64,000 nucleotides of DNA from Armatimonadota bacterium (GTDB lineage: Bacteria > Armatimonadota > SYMT01). The stretch's first letter is position 1. Every line of letters begins with the position of its first letter. Location: positions 397,487 to 461,486 of the forward strand of contig JAWLHY010000005.1 of assembly GCA_041690135.1 (NCBI GenBank), read 5' to 3'. Positions 10,189 to 19,529 of the stretch are shown one piece after another. A program made the translations under genes and the position numbers. Under the pieces are notes generated by a model, which was given only the letters and a program-made list of their open reading frames with translations, searched no databases and was not told where the DNA came from.

Positions 10189-10986
10189 ATGCGCTGGTGG
10201 ACCGTCTTCGCCCTGGTAGCGGCCTGGATTCCTGCGACCGCCGCCGCGCCCGCCCGCGGGGAAGTGACCCCGCTGGTCAACGCCCACGCCCATAACGACT
10301 ACCTCCACCCTCGGCCGCTGGCGGACGCGCTGGACCAGGGCTTTTGCAGCGTGGAGGCGGACATCTTTCTGGTGGAGGGCCGGCTGCTGGTTGCCCACGA
10401 GCCCGCGCAGTTGCGTCCGGAGCGCACCCTGGAGGCGTTGTACCTGGAGCCGCTCCGCCGCCGGGTGCGCGAGCACGGGGGCCGGGTCTATCCGGGCGGG
10501 CCGTCGCTGACCCTGCTGGTCGATATCAAGGGGGATGCGGACCGCACCTACGCCGTGCTGCGGCCCCTGCTGGCCCGGTACGCCGCCATGCTCACGCGGT
10601 TCGAGAACGGGAAGACGGTCGAAGGCGCCGTCACCGTGGTGCTCTCCGGCAACCGCCCCCGCCGGACCCTGGAGGCCGAAGCCCTCCGCTACGCCGCGAT
10701 GGACGGGCGGCTGGAGGATCTCGGCAGCGGTGCGTCCCCCTCCCTGGTCCCGCTGGTGAGCGCCAACTGGCGGCTGCTCTTCACCTGGCGCGGCGACGGC
10801 GAGATCCCGGCGCCGGAGCGGGAGAAGCTGCGCGCCTACGTGGCCAGAGCCCACGCGGACCGGTACCGCCTGCGGTTCTGGGCTACGCCGGACACGACGG
10901 CCGCGTGGAAGGAGCTGGGGGACGCCGGCGTGGACCTGGTGAACACGGACGACCTGAAAGGCCTGGCCGAGTTCCTCCGCCGGTAG
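10189..10986 (+). CDS. Secreted PLC/GDPD-like phosphodiesterase (AIM6-like)
   Basis: AGGAGG RBS before ATG 10189, signal peptide, NAHAHNDY and SVEADI motifs, RFWATPD, VDLVNTDDL. Confidence 0.82.
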   Translation: MRWWTVFALVAAWIPATAAAPARGEVTPLVNAHAHNDYLHPRPLADALDQGFCSVEADIFLVEGRLLVAHEPAQLRPERTLEALYLEPLRRRVREHGGRVYPGGPSLTLLVDIKGDADRTYAVLRPLLARYAAMLTRFENGKTVEGAVTVVLSGNRPRRTLEAEALRYAAMDGRLEDLGSGASPSLVPLVSANWRLLFTWRGDGEIPAPEREKLRAYVARAHADRYRLRFWATPDTTAAWKELGDAGVDLVNTDDLKGLAEFLRR

Positions 10987-11320
10987 TCTTTCCGGAGGAG
11001 GAGCCACAGATTACACAGCGCGGCGGAGCCGCAATGGAGGGGACCTTCACCACGGAGCCACGGAGACACGGAGTAGATCACGGAGAGAAACGAGAAGGGG
11101 GCGGAGTTCGGCACCCAGTTGTCTACGAGAGGGATTGATCACGGTGCAGCACGGCTGATCCGGCGATGCAGTTTCACATGCGACGGCACCGAGACCGTCA
11201 GCCGGTTCTGTCTTGATCGAGTGGCGCGCCACCTCGATCTCTACCCGTGCTCGGGTAGGCCTCGGTTTCCTGATGGGCGGACCTCTTGATCCGGCTCTGG
11301 GGAGGCGGCACGCAGGGGAA

Positions 11321-11974
11321 TCACGGCGCGGGGGCCACGAAGTACAACATCAAGACGTAGTGGCAGGCGCTGCCGCCGAGAACAAAGAGATGCCAGAGTT
11401 CGTGGGAACTGAACCTTCCCGGCCAGAGGCGAGGCCGCTGCGTGGCGAAGACCACCGTGCCGAGCGTGTAAACCACACCGCCGGCGAGGAGCCAGTTAAG
11501 CGCGCCGGCGGGTAGGGTACGGGCCAAGGGCTCCCATGCCGTGACGGAGAGCCAGCCCATCACGAGGTAGAGCGCGACCGGCACCCACTGGGGGCACCCC
11601 CGCCACCCAACTCGCAGAGCGATGCCGAAGAGAGCGATGCCCCAGATGACCGCAAGGAGGGTCCAGCCCCACGGCCCGCGCAGCGGCACCAGGCAAAGCG
11701 GGGTGTAGGTGCCCGCAATCAACAGGTAGATGGCAACCTGATCGAACATCTGGAGGCGTTCCAGGCGCTGTGGAGTGCAGGGAAGCGAGTGGTAGAGGGT
11801 GCTGGCCGCATACAGGGTGATCATGCTGGTCCCGTAGATCAGAAAACCGATCAGGTGCCAGGGCTTGTTCCAGGAAAGAGCGGTCAGGATCAATAATCCG
11901 GCAATGGACAGCACCACCCCGCAGAAATGCGACCAGCCGCAGAACGGCTCTCTCACCCGCCAGCAACTCGCCAT
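11321..11974 (-). CDS. Hemolysin III / PAQR family membrane protein (TrhA/YqfA-like)
   Basis: About 7 TM helices; STLYH, AIYLLIAGTYTP and HELWHLFV motifs. Confidence 0.9.
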   Translation of the reverse strand: MASCWRVREPFCGWSHFCGVVLSIAGLLILTALSWNKPWHLIGFLIYGTSMITLYAASTLYHSLPCTPQRLERLQMFDQVAIYLLIAGTYTPLCLVPLRGPWGWTLLAVIWGIALFGIALRVGWRGCPQWVPVALYLVMGWLSVTAWEPLARTLPAGALNWLLAGGVVYTLGTVVFATQRPRLWPGRFSSHELWHLFVLGGSACHYVLMLYFVAPAP

Positions 11975-12236
11975 CTTCCGACTCCTCCGCGACCGGCCAC
12001 CCCCAACTTGTCCTCCCTCCTCTCGGAGGATTTGGGCCGGCTCCCGCACCTCTTACCCGACCGGGTTGTCAAGAAAACGGCACGGAATCGCTTTCCGCAA
12101 TGAGCCATCGGCCGGCTCCGGGGTATAAAGGCGGTAAGGCTTCCGCTGGATCGGGTGGGATGCAGACCCCGTCTACGGGGTATCCGAGGCTCCGCCAGAG
12201 CACGATCGCCTTCACAGCCCGACGAAAGCCTGATTC

Positions 12237-13466
12237 ATGAGCGCTGATCCATTGTTTACGGCCAACTATCTCCTCCAACACGCCACCGACATCATTCGAC
12301 GGTGGGCCGTGCGCGTCCGTGCCGAAATCCCGGCTTCGCGCGATCAGCAGCCTCTGGTCCTCCAGAACAACCTCGAACAGTTTCTCGGCGAGGTGGCGTG
12401 GGCCCTCGCTCCTAACGCGGAGCCCCGGACGTTGATCGCCGGCCGAACGCTCTCCGAAGACCACGGCGGCCACCGGGCACGGCTGTCCGAGTACGACATC
12501 GGCGCGGTTTTCCTGGAGTACCGGGTGCTGCGCCAGACGATCCTGGAAGTGCTGGACGAAGAGCGTCCGCTGTCGCCGGAGGAGCGGGAAACCGTCAACA
12601 CGGCCCTGGAGCGCGCGGTACAAGACGCGGTGAGCCAGTTCGCCCAGGTGCATCAAGACGCGGAGCGGGACCGGGCCGACCAGACCCAACGCGTGGCCGC
12701 GGAGCTACGCTCTGCCTATGAGCGGGAGCGCCGGATTGCGCAGGTGCTGCAGCGCCCCCTGCGGGTCGAGGTCGCCGAAGATGCCGTGGAGGGGCTTTCC
12801 CTCGCCACGTGTTACGAACCCGCCCGGGAAGAAGCCGAGGTCGGCGGCGACTTCTTCGACGTCGTTCCCTTGGCCGGTGGCCGGGTCGCGCTGGCGGTGG
12901 GCGACACGTGCGGAAAGGGCCTTGAAGCGGCCGTCCACAATACCCATGTGAAGGACGTGCTCCGCGCCTTTCTGAGAGAGAGCCCGGAGGCCCCGGGCGC
13001 CGTTCTGACCCGCCTCAATAACGTGGTCTGCGACGTGTTGGCCGAGGACGCGGAGATGGAAGCCCGGTTCGTCGTGCTGGCGCTGCTGATCCTGGAGCCC
13101 GCTTCCGGTGAGGGCCTCTACAGTGCGGCGGGAGCCGAGCCGCTCCTCCTGGTACGGTCCGAAGGGGAGACGGAAGTCGTGGAATTACCCGCCCTCCCGC
13201 TGGGTATCCAACCCGACGTGGGCTACGAAAGTACGCCTGTGCGCCTGGAACGGGGAGATACGGCTGTTCTCGTCACCGACGGGCTCACCGAGGCGCGAAA
13301 CGGCCGCGAGCTGTTGGGGTATCCGGCAATGACGGAACTCGCGAGGCAGGCACTGCGGGCGCCGACGGTGCACGAAGCCAGCCGGAAGCTTCTGGCCGGA
13401 GTCCGTGCGTTCGCCGACGGTCGGCTGTCCGACGACGCCTGTTTGATCCTGGCGCGTCGCCGGTAA
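12237..13466 (+). CDS. PP2C/SpoIIE-type phosphatase with N-terminal RsbRD_N-like domain
   Basis: VGGDFFD, VGDTCGKG, VTDGLTEA and DDACL metal-binding motifs. Confidence 0.9.
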   Translation: MSADPLFTANYLLQHATDIIRRWAVRVRAEIPASRDQQPLVLQNNLEQFLGEVAWALAPNAEPRTLIAGRTLSEDHGGHRARLSEYDIGAVFLEYRVLRQTILEVLDEERPLSPEERETVNTALERAVQDAVSQFAQVHQDAERDRADQTQRVAAELRSAYERERRIAQVLQRPLRVEVAEDAVEGLSLATCYEPAREEAEVGGDFFDVVPLAGGRVALAVGDTCGKGLEAAVHNTHVKDVLRAFLRESPEAPGAVLTRLNNVVCDVLAEDAEMEARFVVLALLILEPASGEGLYSAAGAEPLLLVRSEGETEVVELPALPLGIQPDVGYESTPVRLERGDTAVLVTDGLTEARNGRELLGYPAMTELARQALRAPTVHEASRKLLAGVRAFADGRLSDDACLILARRR

Positions 13467-13477
13467 CGCGGCGTGAG

Positions 13478-13790
13478 CATTCTTTGGCTGGTGCGAAAAG
13501 CACTGATTGCCGCTGAGAAAGTCGAGTCGGTGTACGTCTCCGCCTACGTCAAGAGTCGGACCACAAGCGACGATTCGACTTGGCGCCTCTCGAGGACATC
13601 GATGCAGCAGCACATGTTGCCCTGCGGATGATGTTCAGTTGCCTCGCGGATGAAGGTGTCGTCGGCTACAATCCCGCTCGTGAGGTCAAGACTGAGAAGG
13701 TGCGCCGGCTGGTGGGCATCACGCCATCTTTCGAAGACGATGTCGATGTAGTGCGTCTGCTGGAGAGCTTCGACACCTCGCACCCCAAGG
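13478..13790 (+). pseudogene. Tyrosine recombinase/integrase N-terminal fragment
   Basis: ALRMMFSCLADEGVVGYNPAREVK followed by a TPSF...VRLLESFDTS core-binding/linker motif; no catalytic domain follows; upstream part is frameshifted. Confidence 0.6.
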
Positions 13791-13988
13791 GTGTGGAGGT
13801 CCTGCCGGTTAACGGGATCCCCTCTCATTCGCTGCGCCTTGGAATGCTTCCGCTGCTACTCCGCCCAGCGCACGGAAGATGTCAGCCCATCAAGTCAGGG
13901 ACAGTCCCTCGGGACCAGGTAAACGGTTTTCGGAACGAGGAAGATCCGCACTGCATCGAGGCGGAGTAACCGCCTCCGGTAAGCTGGT

Positions 13989-14261
13989 TCAGTTCCGGTC
14001 GGTGAACCAGCCGTCGCTGCCGCCGTCCTGGTCCGGGCGGGCGTATAGGTCGTCCTCGTCGTCCCAGAGCCGGTCGCGCTCCGCGTCGAACTCTTCCTGG
14101 GTGCGGCAGTGCCAGAGGTGGACGTTCACGCGGTCCGGGTGGAAGCGCTGGTCCAGGCTTTCGAGGAAGGCGTCCGACTCGTATGGGAACGGTGCGGCTT
14201 CCCGGTTCCGCGCCTCCTGGGCGGCGCGGATCTCCGGTTTCAGTTCGCGAGTGGGGTCCAC
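13989..14261 (-). CDS. Hypothetical acidic protein (90 aa)
   Basis: AAGGAG RBS before GTG; protein-like composition; no family recognised. Confidence 0.55.
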   Translation of the reverse strand: MDPTRELKPEIRAAQEARNREAAPFPYESDAFLESLDQRFHPDRVNVHLWHCRTQEEFDAERDRLWDDEDDLYARPDQDGGSDGWFTDRN

Positions 14262-14467
14262 GGCGGTCTCCTTCTCTCCTCTCCACTTCGGCCACTATAG
14301 TCCGAGGGTCCGGGGTTGTCCATTGCGGTGCTGATTGGCAGGCACCGCGACGCGGGCCTGGCGCAGAGCAGGCAGTCGGACACGAATTGCTTGCATCCCC
14401 CACTTCCCGCTGCGGGTGCGATGCCGGCGCAGCGGGAAGTGGAGAAATGCGGATTCCGTGGCGGCTC

Positions 14468-16768
14468 TCACCTCTTGCCATTGTGGGGAGTGTCCCGCAA
14501 CTTCAGTACGAAGGCATCCGGTTCCCCCTGGATCATGGGGTCCGTTACCCCATTGAAGGTCGTATCGAACGCGTTCCCGGTCGTCGGGAAATCGCTCGAG
14601 TTGGTGCGCCCCGTCACGTAGATGCCGCGGACATGATCCACGGCGATGGCAAGCCCCTCTTCGTTGTTGTTCCCCCCGAAAAAGCTCGAGTGGAGCAGCG
14701 CGGAGCCGTTGGCGTTCAGGCTCGTGACGTAGGCATCGCTGTGATCGCCGTTGAAGCTGGGGTCCACAGCGTTTGGCGTCGTCGGGAAATTCTCGGAATC
14801 GGTCCATCCCGTCATGTGAGCTCGACCGAGACGATCCACCGCAATCGCCAGGCCCAGTTCGCTGCCGCTGCTGCCTACATAGGTGGAATACACCAACGCC
14901 GTCCCGGCGAAGTTCAGTTTCGTCACGAACGCGTCGTTGGACCCGCCGTTGTAGACGGCATCGAAGGCGCCCGGAGTTGTCGGAAACGCCGCGCTGGCCC
15001 ACCCGGTGACGTAGGCGTGTCCCAGTGGGTCGACCGCGATCCCGAAGCCCTGATCGAAGAACGGTCCGCCCAAAAAGGTCGAGTAAACGAGGGCCGTGCC
15101 GGTCGCATTCAGCTTCGTCACGAACGCATCCTGCTCAGATCCGTTGAGGCTCGTGGCAAAGGCGCCCGGGGTAACGGGGAAGTCGGGGGATCGGGTGAAC
15201 CCCGTAACAAAAGCCTGCTCGTTCCCGTCGAGGGCAATGCTCGTACCCGCTTCGGTCAGTTCGCCTACCAGGCTGCTGTCGGTGCCGCCCAGGTAAGTAG
15301 AGTAGACGAGCGCAGATCCGGTCGCATTCAACCGGGCGACGAATCCGTCGGTGATACCGGTGAGACTCGTGTCGAAGGCCCCGGTGGTCGTGGGGAAGTC
15401 CACGGACCCGGTGAACCCCGTCAAATACGCGTTCCCGGACCGATCCACGGCAATTCCCCGGCCTTCATCGGCAACGCTGCCGCCCAGGTAAGTGGAATAG
15501 AGCAGGGCCGAGCCGTTCGCATTCAGCTTCGCAACGAATGCATCGTTGAGGCCGTTGAGGCTTTGATCGAACGCGCCCGGGGTGGTAGGGAAGTCGGCGG
15601 ATCCGGTAAACCCCGTCACGTAGGCCCGGCCCGTGAAATCCACCGCAATCTCCAGCCCTTCTTCAGAGGCGCTGCCGCCCAGGTAAGTGGAGTAAAGCAG
15701 GGTCGAGCCGGCGGTGTTCAACTTACTCACAAACACCTCGGATCCCGCGTTGTATCCTGGGTCGAAAGCTCCCGGCGTGGCGGGGAAGTCTACCGAGTTG
15801 GTCGCGCCGGTCATATAGGCCCGTCCGGCCCGATCGACCGCGATCCCCTCCCCTTTATCCAGAGTGGTTCCACCCAGGAAAGTGGAGTAGCTCAGTACCG
15901 GGTCGATGACCAGGGGTCGGCCGGCATCATACTGCGCAACTTCGAACCCCACGTTCGGCTGGCTCTCCCGCGTGGCGGCTTCCGGGACGTGGTTATCGGC
16001 GGACGCGGCCGTCCCGGCGGGAAGCAGGAGGTAGCGGCCGGCCACCTCGCGGCGCACCCCCGCCACTTCCTGGTAGAGGCACGGCTTGCGCTGGCGGACC
16101 TTGCCGTCCGGAGTGTGCAGCACCAGATCGCCGCCGGGTTCCACTTCCAGCTTTTCCGCGCCGGCGAAAGAAAGCCGGATCTGCCCCGGATCGGCGCCGG
16201 GCGCGACCACGAAGTCATATTCCAGCTCGCGCTGGTTGCCGTAGTAGACCAGGTCCACGCCGGGATAGACGCCGGAGTAGCGCACCCGGCCATACGTCGG
16301 AATGTCGGTCCGCCACTGCTGCGGATCTCGACCCGTGAAGTAGTGGACTCGACCGGGCAGGGGCTCCGCCCCCGTGACCTGCGCTCGGGGCCGGGCTCCC
16401 TCCAGCTTCATGCGCAGGACGGTGGGCGGCTGAGTCGCCGTCGCGGCGCGGGGACGCTTCCCGCCGTGGCGCCGGCGAGCGCTCGCCGGGCGGCGGCGCG
16501 GCTGCAGGGCGAGCACGGCTTCGGTGTCGGTCAGGAACAGCGTATAACCGGGCCCGCGCGAGAGGAAGTGCACCTGCACGTCCGTCTGCCCCCGGTTGGC
16601 TTCGAAGCAGAGGGGCAGGCGTCCGTAGGCGGCCTCCATCTCTTCTCCGGTTGCCGTTCCCCGAGGGTGCGAGGTAGCGGGCTGGCCGGAGCCGGCGAGG
16701 GCACTCCCCAAGGCCAGGCCGGATAGTAGAACGACGGTGAGAGACGGGCTCCAACTGTGGGTCAGCAT
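14468..16768 (-). CDS. Secreted SBBP-repeat beta-propeller protein
   Basis: Signal peptide; FEANRGQTD N-domain, LEYDFVVAPGADP, LVIDPVLSYSTFLGG, then about 7 repeats of IAVD-x-G-x-AYVTG-x-T-x-S-x-DFPTT. Confidence 0.9.
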   Translation of the reverse strand: MLTHSWSPSLTVVLLSGLALGSALAGSGQPATSHPRGTATGEEMEAAYGRLPLCFEANRGQTDVQVHFLSRGPGYTLFLTDTEAVLALQPRRRPASARRRHGGKRPRAATATQPPTVLRMKLEGARPRAQVTGAEPLPGRVHYFTGRDPQQWRTDIPTYGRVRYSGVYPGVDLVYYGNQRELEYDFVVAPGADPGQIRLSFAGAEKLEVEPGGDLVLHTPDGKVRQRKPCLYQEVAGVRREVAGRYLLLPAGTAASADNHVPEAATRESQPNVGFEVAQYDAGRPLVIDPVLSYSTFLGGTTLDKGEGIAVDRAGRAYMTGATNSVDFPATPGAFDPGYNAGSEVFVSKLNTAGSTLLYSTYLGGSASEEGLEIAVDFTGRAYVTGFTGSADFPTTPGAFDQSLNGLNDAFVAKLNANGSALLYSTYLGGSVADEGRGIAVDRSGNAYLTGFTGSVDFPTTTGAFDTSLTGITDGFVARLNATGSALVYSTYLGGTDSSLVGELTEAGTSIALDGNEQAFVTGFTRSPDFPVTPGAFATSLNGSEQDAFVTKLNATGTALVYSTFLGGPFFDQGFGIAVDPLGHAYVTGWASAAFPTTPGAFDAVYNGGSNDAFVTKLNFAGTALVYSTYVGSSGSELGLAIAVDRLGRAHMTGWTDSENFPTTPNAVDPSFNGDHSDAYVTSLNANGSALLHSSFFGGNNNEEGLAIAVDHVRGIYVTGRTNSSDFPTTGNAFDTTFNGVTDPMIQGEPDAFVLKLRDTPHNGKR

Positions 16769-16939
16769 AACTGGCCTCCCATTCTTCGCGAGAGAGGAGG
16801 GAGGCTGCGCGGGGCAGGACCAGCAAACCCGCCGGTTCTCGCCCGAACACCGGCTCCCCGTGCGCCCTGTTCCCGTTCGGAGGGGAGATGACACTCGTTT
16901 TGTTAGCCTGAGATGCTTTACAGGCGATGCTACGAGCTG

Positions 16940-17330
16940 GCAGGCGGTGCTGATCGTCCACCACCGGCGTCGCCTCGGCGAAGGAGCGGCCCTTCACGCC
17001 GTCCACCTGCACCCGGATCTCGCCCACGCGCTGGGTGACGGCGTTGATGAGCAGTTTGCGCCCCCGGGGTACGATCGCCACCACCGTGAACTCGCCGCGG
17101 TCCGGGGCTTCCAGCGCTACCAGGCGGTCCTTCGGCCAGACGGCCTAGCCTTCATCCGCCTTCCGCTGGCCAGGCGGGTACTTGTGGGGAACGTTGTCTC
17201 CCCGGTACGGGAGTGCAAAGCTGCCGTCCGGAAGCTCCAGAAGCTGTGGCGATACCCACACACAGCTGCCGTCCCACTGGCCGAACGCCTGCGTCTCCAG
17301 GAGAATCCCTCTGCAGGAGCGATTGCACGG
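16940..17330 (-). pseudogene. Internal fragment of a decayed gene (glycoside hydrolase-like propeller protein, tentative)
   Basis: Frameshifted protein-like pieces WVSPQLLELPDGSFALPYRGDNVPHKYP and KLLINAVTQRVGEIRVQVDGVKGRSFAEATPVVDDQH. Confidence 0.5.
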
Positions 17331-17332
17331 GT

Positions 17333-18598
17333 TCAACGCACATAGATTGGGTTGGAAAAGATCCAGGGTCGTATTGTTGCGGCTGGGTTCTTGAGGAGAT
17401 CCGAGAGACGCCGCACCTGCCCGCGGCGCAATCGTTCCAGGCGGCTGGGGGGATTCTCCTGGGCGTAGACTTCAATCCGGTACGCGCCGGGGGTGGTCAC
17501 CGTCCACTCCAGGCGTTGCCCTTCCGCAACCGTTACTTCCTGGCCGTTGCGGAGTAGACGGATAATCGGGCGAGGGTGATCCGGGGCCTCCACCTGGAAA
17601 CGCGCACGCTGTTCCAGGCGCAAGGGTTGCCCCATGATCGCTTGGCGCGCGCCCTCCGTCGCCGTGAAGCGGAACCCCGGAGCGGGGGCCACGCGGGGGT
17701 AGACGGCGTAGACCCGGCCGTTGCGATACGCATCGTAGATCAGGCGCCGATCCGTTTCGAGGTTCCCCGTCAGCGCCTGCGGTGTGATGGCATAGGTGCT
17801 CACCGACTCAAAGCTCTCCCCGTAGGTGGGTACGCGCAGCACTCGGCCGGCAAGGGGCACCCGCTCGTGGGCGTCCACGCCGCCGATGCCGACGATCTGT
17901 CGTCCGGAGGCCAGCAAGCGGTCCCACTGCTTCCTCTCGCGCTCGACGTCATTGTTGGTGAGGGTCTTCATCACACTGTCGGGGTTGGAGGCGTACCGCT
18001 GCGCGAGTTGCAAGAGCCGACGCACGCTCCGGTCCTGGAGCCGCAGTCCGTGCTGCGCGGCCATCAGATCGTCATCGACGAGGCTGGCGAGATTGATGAT
18101 CTCCATGCCCGCGTAACCCTTCACGGACCAGTCTTGCCAGAGCCAGCGTGGCGCCATGGGGTGGGCCAGCAAGGTGAAGCCGCCCGCGGCGCTGACGCGA
18201 TCGATCACCTGTTGGGCCTGGTCCGTCTCGAAGGAGAAGCTTTCGGGCAGATCCAGCGCGAGCACATGTCCGGCATCCGTGCTGATCTCCGTGCCGACCA
18301 GGACCAACAGGTCGCCCCAATAACGCTGATGTCCGTCCTTGAGAGGCTCCAGCGTATTATGGTCCGTGACGATGATGTAACTCAGTCCCGCGGCGCGGGC
18401 GGCTTCTACGACCTGGGGGAAGGTGCCGCTGCCGTCGGAATACTGGGTGTGAATGTGGACCGCTCCTCGATAGTGATAGTACTGGGGCGCAACCTGGTTT
18501 TGCCCGGCGGCATGCGTGCCGGTGAGGGTAAGAGCGCCGGTAAGCCCCAGGGCCACCACTGAAAGCCGGAAGCGGAACCGATTGTAGAGAGAATTCAT
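17333..18598 (-). CDS. Secreted PHP-domain metallohydrolase (CehA/McbA-like)
   Basis: GAVHIHTQYSDGSG, VTDHN, GTEIST, LAHP and GGVDAH PHP motifs; signal peptide. Confidence 0.85.
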   Translation of the reverse strand: MNSLYNRFRFRLSVVALGLTGALTLTGTHAAGQNQVAPQYYHYRGAVHIHTQYSDGSGTFPQVVEAARAAGLSYIIVTDHNTLEPLKDGHQRYWGDLLVLVGTEISTDAGHVLALDLPESFSFETDQAQQVIDRVSAAGGFTLLAHPMAPRWLWQDWSVKGYAGMEIINLASLVDDDLMAAQHGLRLQDRSVRRLLQLAQRYASNPDSVMKTLTNNDVERERKQWDRLLASGRQIVGIGGVDAHERVPLAGRVLRVPTYGESFESVSTYAITPQALTGNLETDRRLIYDAYRNGRVYAVYPRVAPAPGFRFTATEGARQAIMGQPLRLEQRARFQVEAPDHPRPIIRLLRNGQEVTVAEGQRLEWTVTTPGAYRIEVYAQENPPSRLERLRRGQVRRLSDLLKNPAATIRPWIFSNPIYVR

Positions 18599-19131
18599 GC
18601 GAGTGCCCGCCGGCAGCGTCGAGAGGAATTGTCCGCTCAGTTTGTCGTATTCCCCATGCTCCTCCAGGTAAACCCCTCCGGCCGGTGCGGCGGTCTTAGA
18701 AACAAACACCGCAAAAGACCCTCTCGACAGGCACCGTATAGGACCGGGGGTGTGCGGTATAGGGGCAAGCAGCGCCAACGTTGCCACGCCGTGGACCCTC
18801 TTGCCTCGCGCCTTCGCTGCACGGGCGGTCGATATCCACGTCTACCAGGGCGACGTTCTTGTGTTGTGGGGCGTGAACTATGACCAGGGCACGCCAGAAC
18901 CGCTCCGAGAGTCCCTCCGGGCCGGTTTGGAGGTGGCGGACAACTCGCGGATTGCGATCGATCCGCAGGATCCCCGGCACGCTAGTCTCAAGGAGAACCT
19001 CCGGATTGAGGTGGAGTACCTGGGCGCCGTGAAGACCGATCAACTCCGGTTGACCCGGAATCGCCATCCGATCGGGAGTGGTTCCTGGCGCCGGGCGGGT
19101 GTTGTATGTGTGGGACCTCCACCCGGGATTA

Positions 19132-19292
19132 CTACACGAACTCTAGCCCGAAGAGCTTCGCCCGGGCCATCCGGAACCGCAGGACGAGCGGCCCTCCGGG
19201 GCGTGGCCCAGATCGTTGTTGCCGCTCCAGTCCAGTCGCAGGCGGTGCTGGTCGCCGACCACCGGCGTCGCCTCGGCGATGGAGCGGCCCTT
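19132..19292 (-). pseudogene. C-terminal fragment of the same gene family as 16940-17330
   Basis: KGRSIAEATPVVGDQHRLRLDWSG then, after a frameshift, PLVLRFRMARAKLFGLEFV-stop; shares a 55-bp near-identical stretch with 16940-16994. Confidence 0.55.
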
Positions 19293-19480
19293 GAGTGCCG
19301 GAACGCCTCTGCCCCACACGCAGGGACCTTGGTCAAGTTTTCTCCGCGCGTGTGCCGCTTCCTAATCTGCCGGTGCCGGTCAAAGCTGCTCTTCCTTCCT
19401 GCGACTAAACGGCAATGCAGCGGACTCGCCCCATAGGTGAATCGGCGCTCATTCGGCTTCCCACGGCTCCTGCCCTTTCG

Positions 19481-19511
19481 TTCCGCGTCCTTCCGTGTGT
19501 TCCGCGGGCAA
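19481..19511 (-). repeat. Short intergenic repeat with 9-10-nt periodicity (CGCGGAA units)
   Basis: Minus strand ttgcccgcggaacacacggaaggacgcggaa; a near-copy lies at 44939-44969. Confidence 0.65.
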
Positions 19512-19529
19512 GAGGTTCTGGGATTCGGT

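Noticed and set aside
14560-15900. Regularly spaced DNA repeats that might suggest a CRISPR array
   Set aside because: They are degenerate coding repeats of SBBP blades; there are no identical repeats with unique spacers and no cas genes.
14183-16726. 847-aa + strand ORF
   Set aside because: Antisense shadow of the SBBP repeat gene; high GC suppresses stop codons and it has no motifs of its own.
18750-19436. 228-aa + strand ORF
   Set aside because: Only the middle part looks protein-like, there is no clear start or family, and it overlaps a minus strand gene fragment; possibly another remnant.
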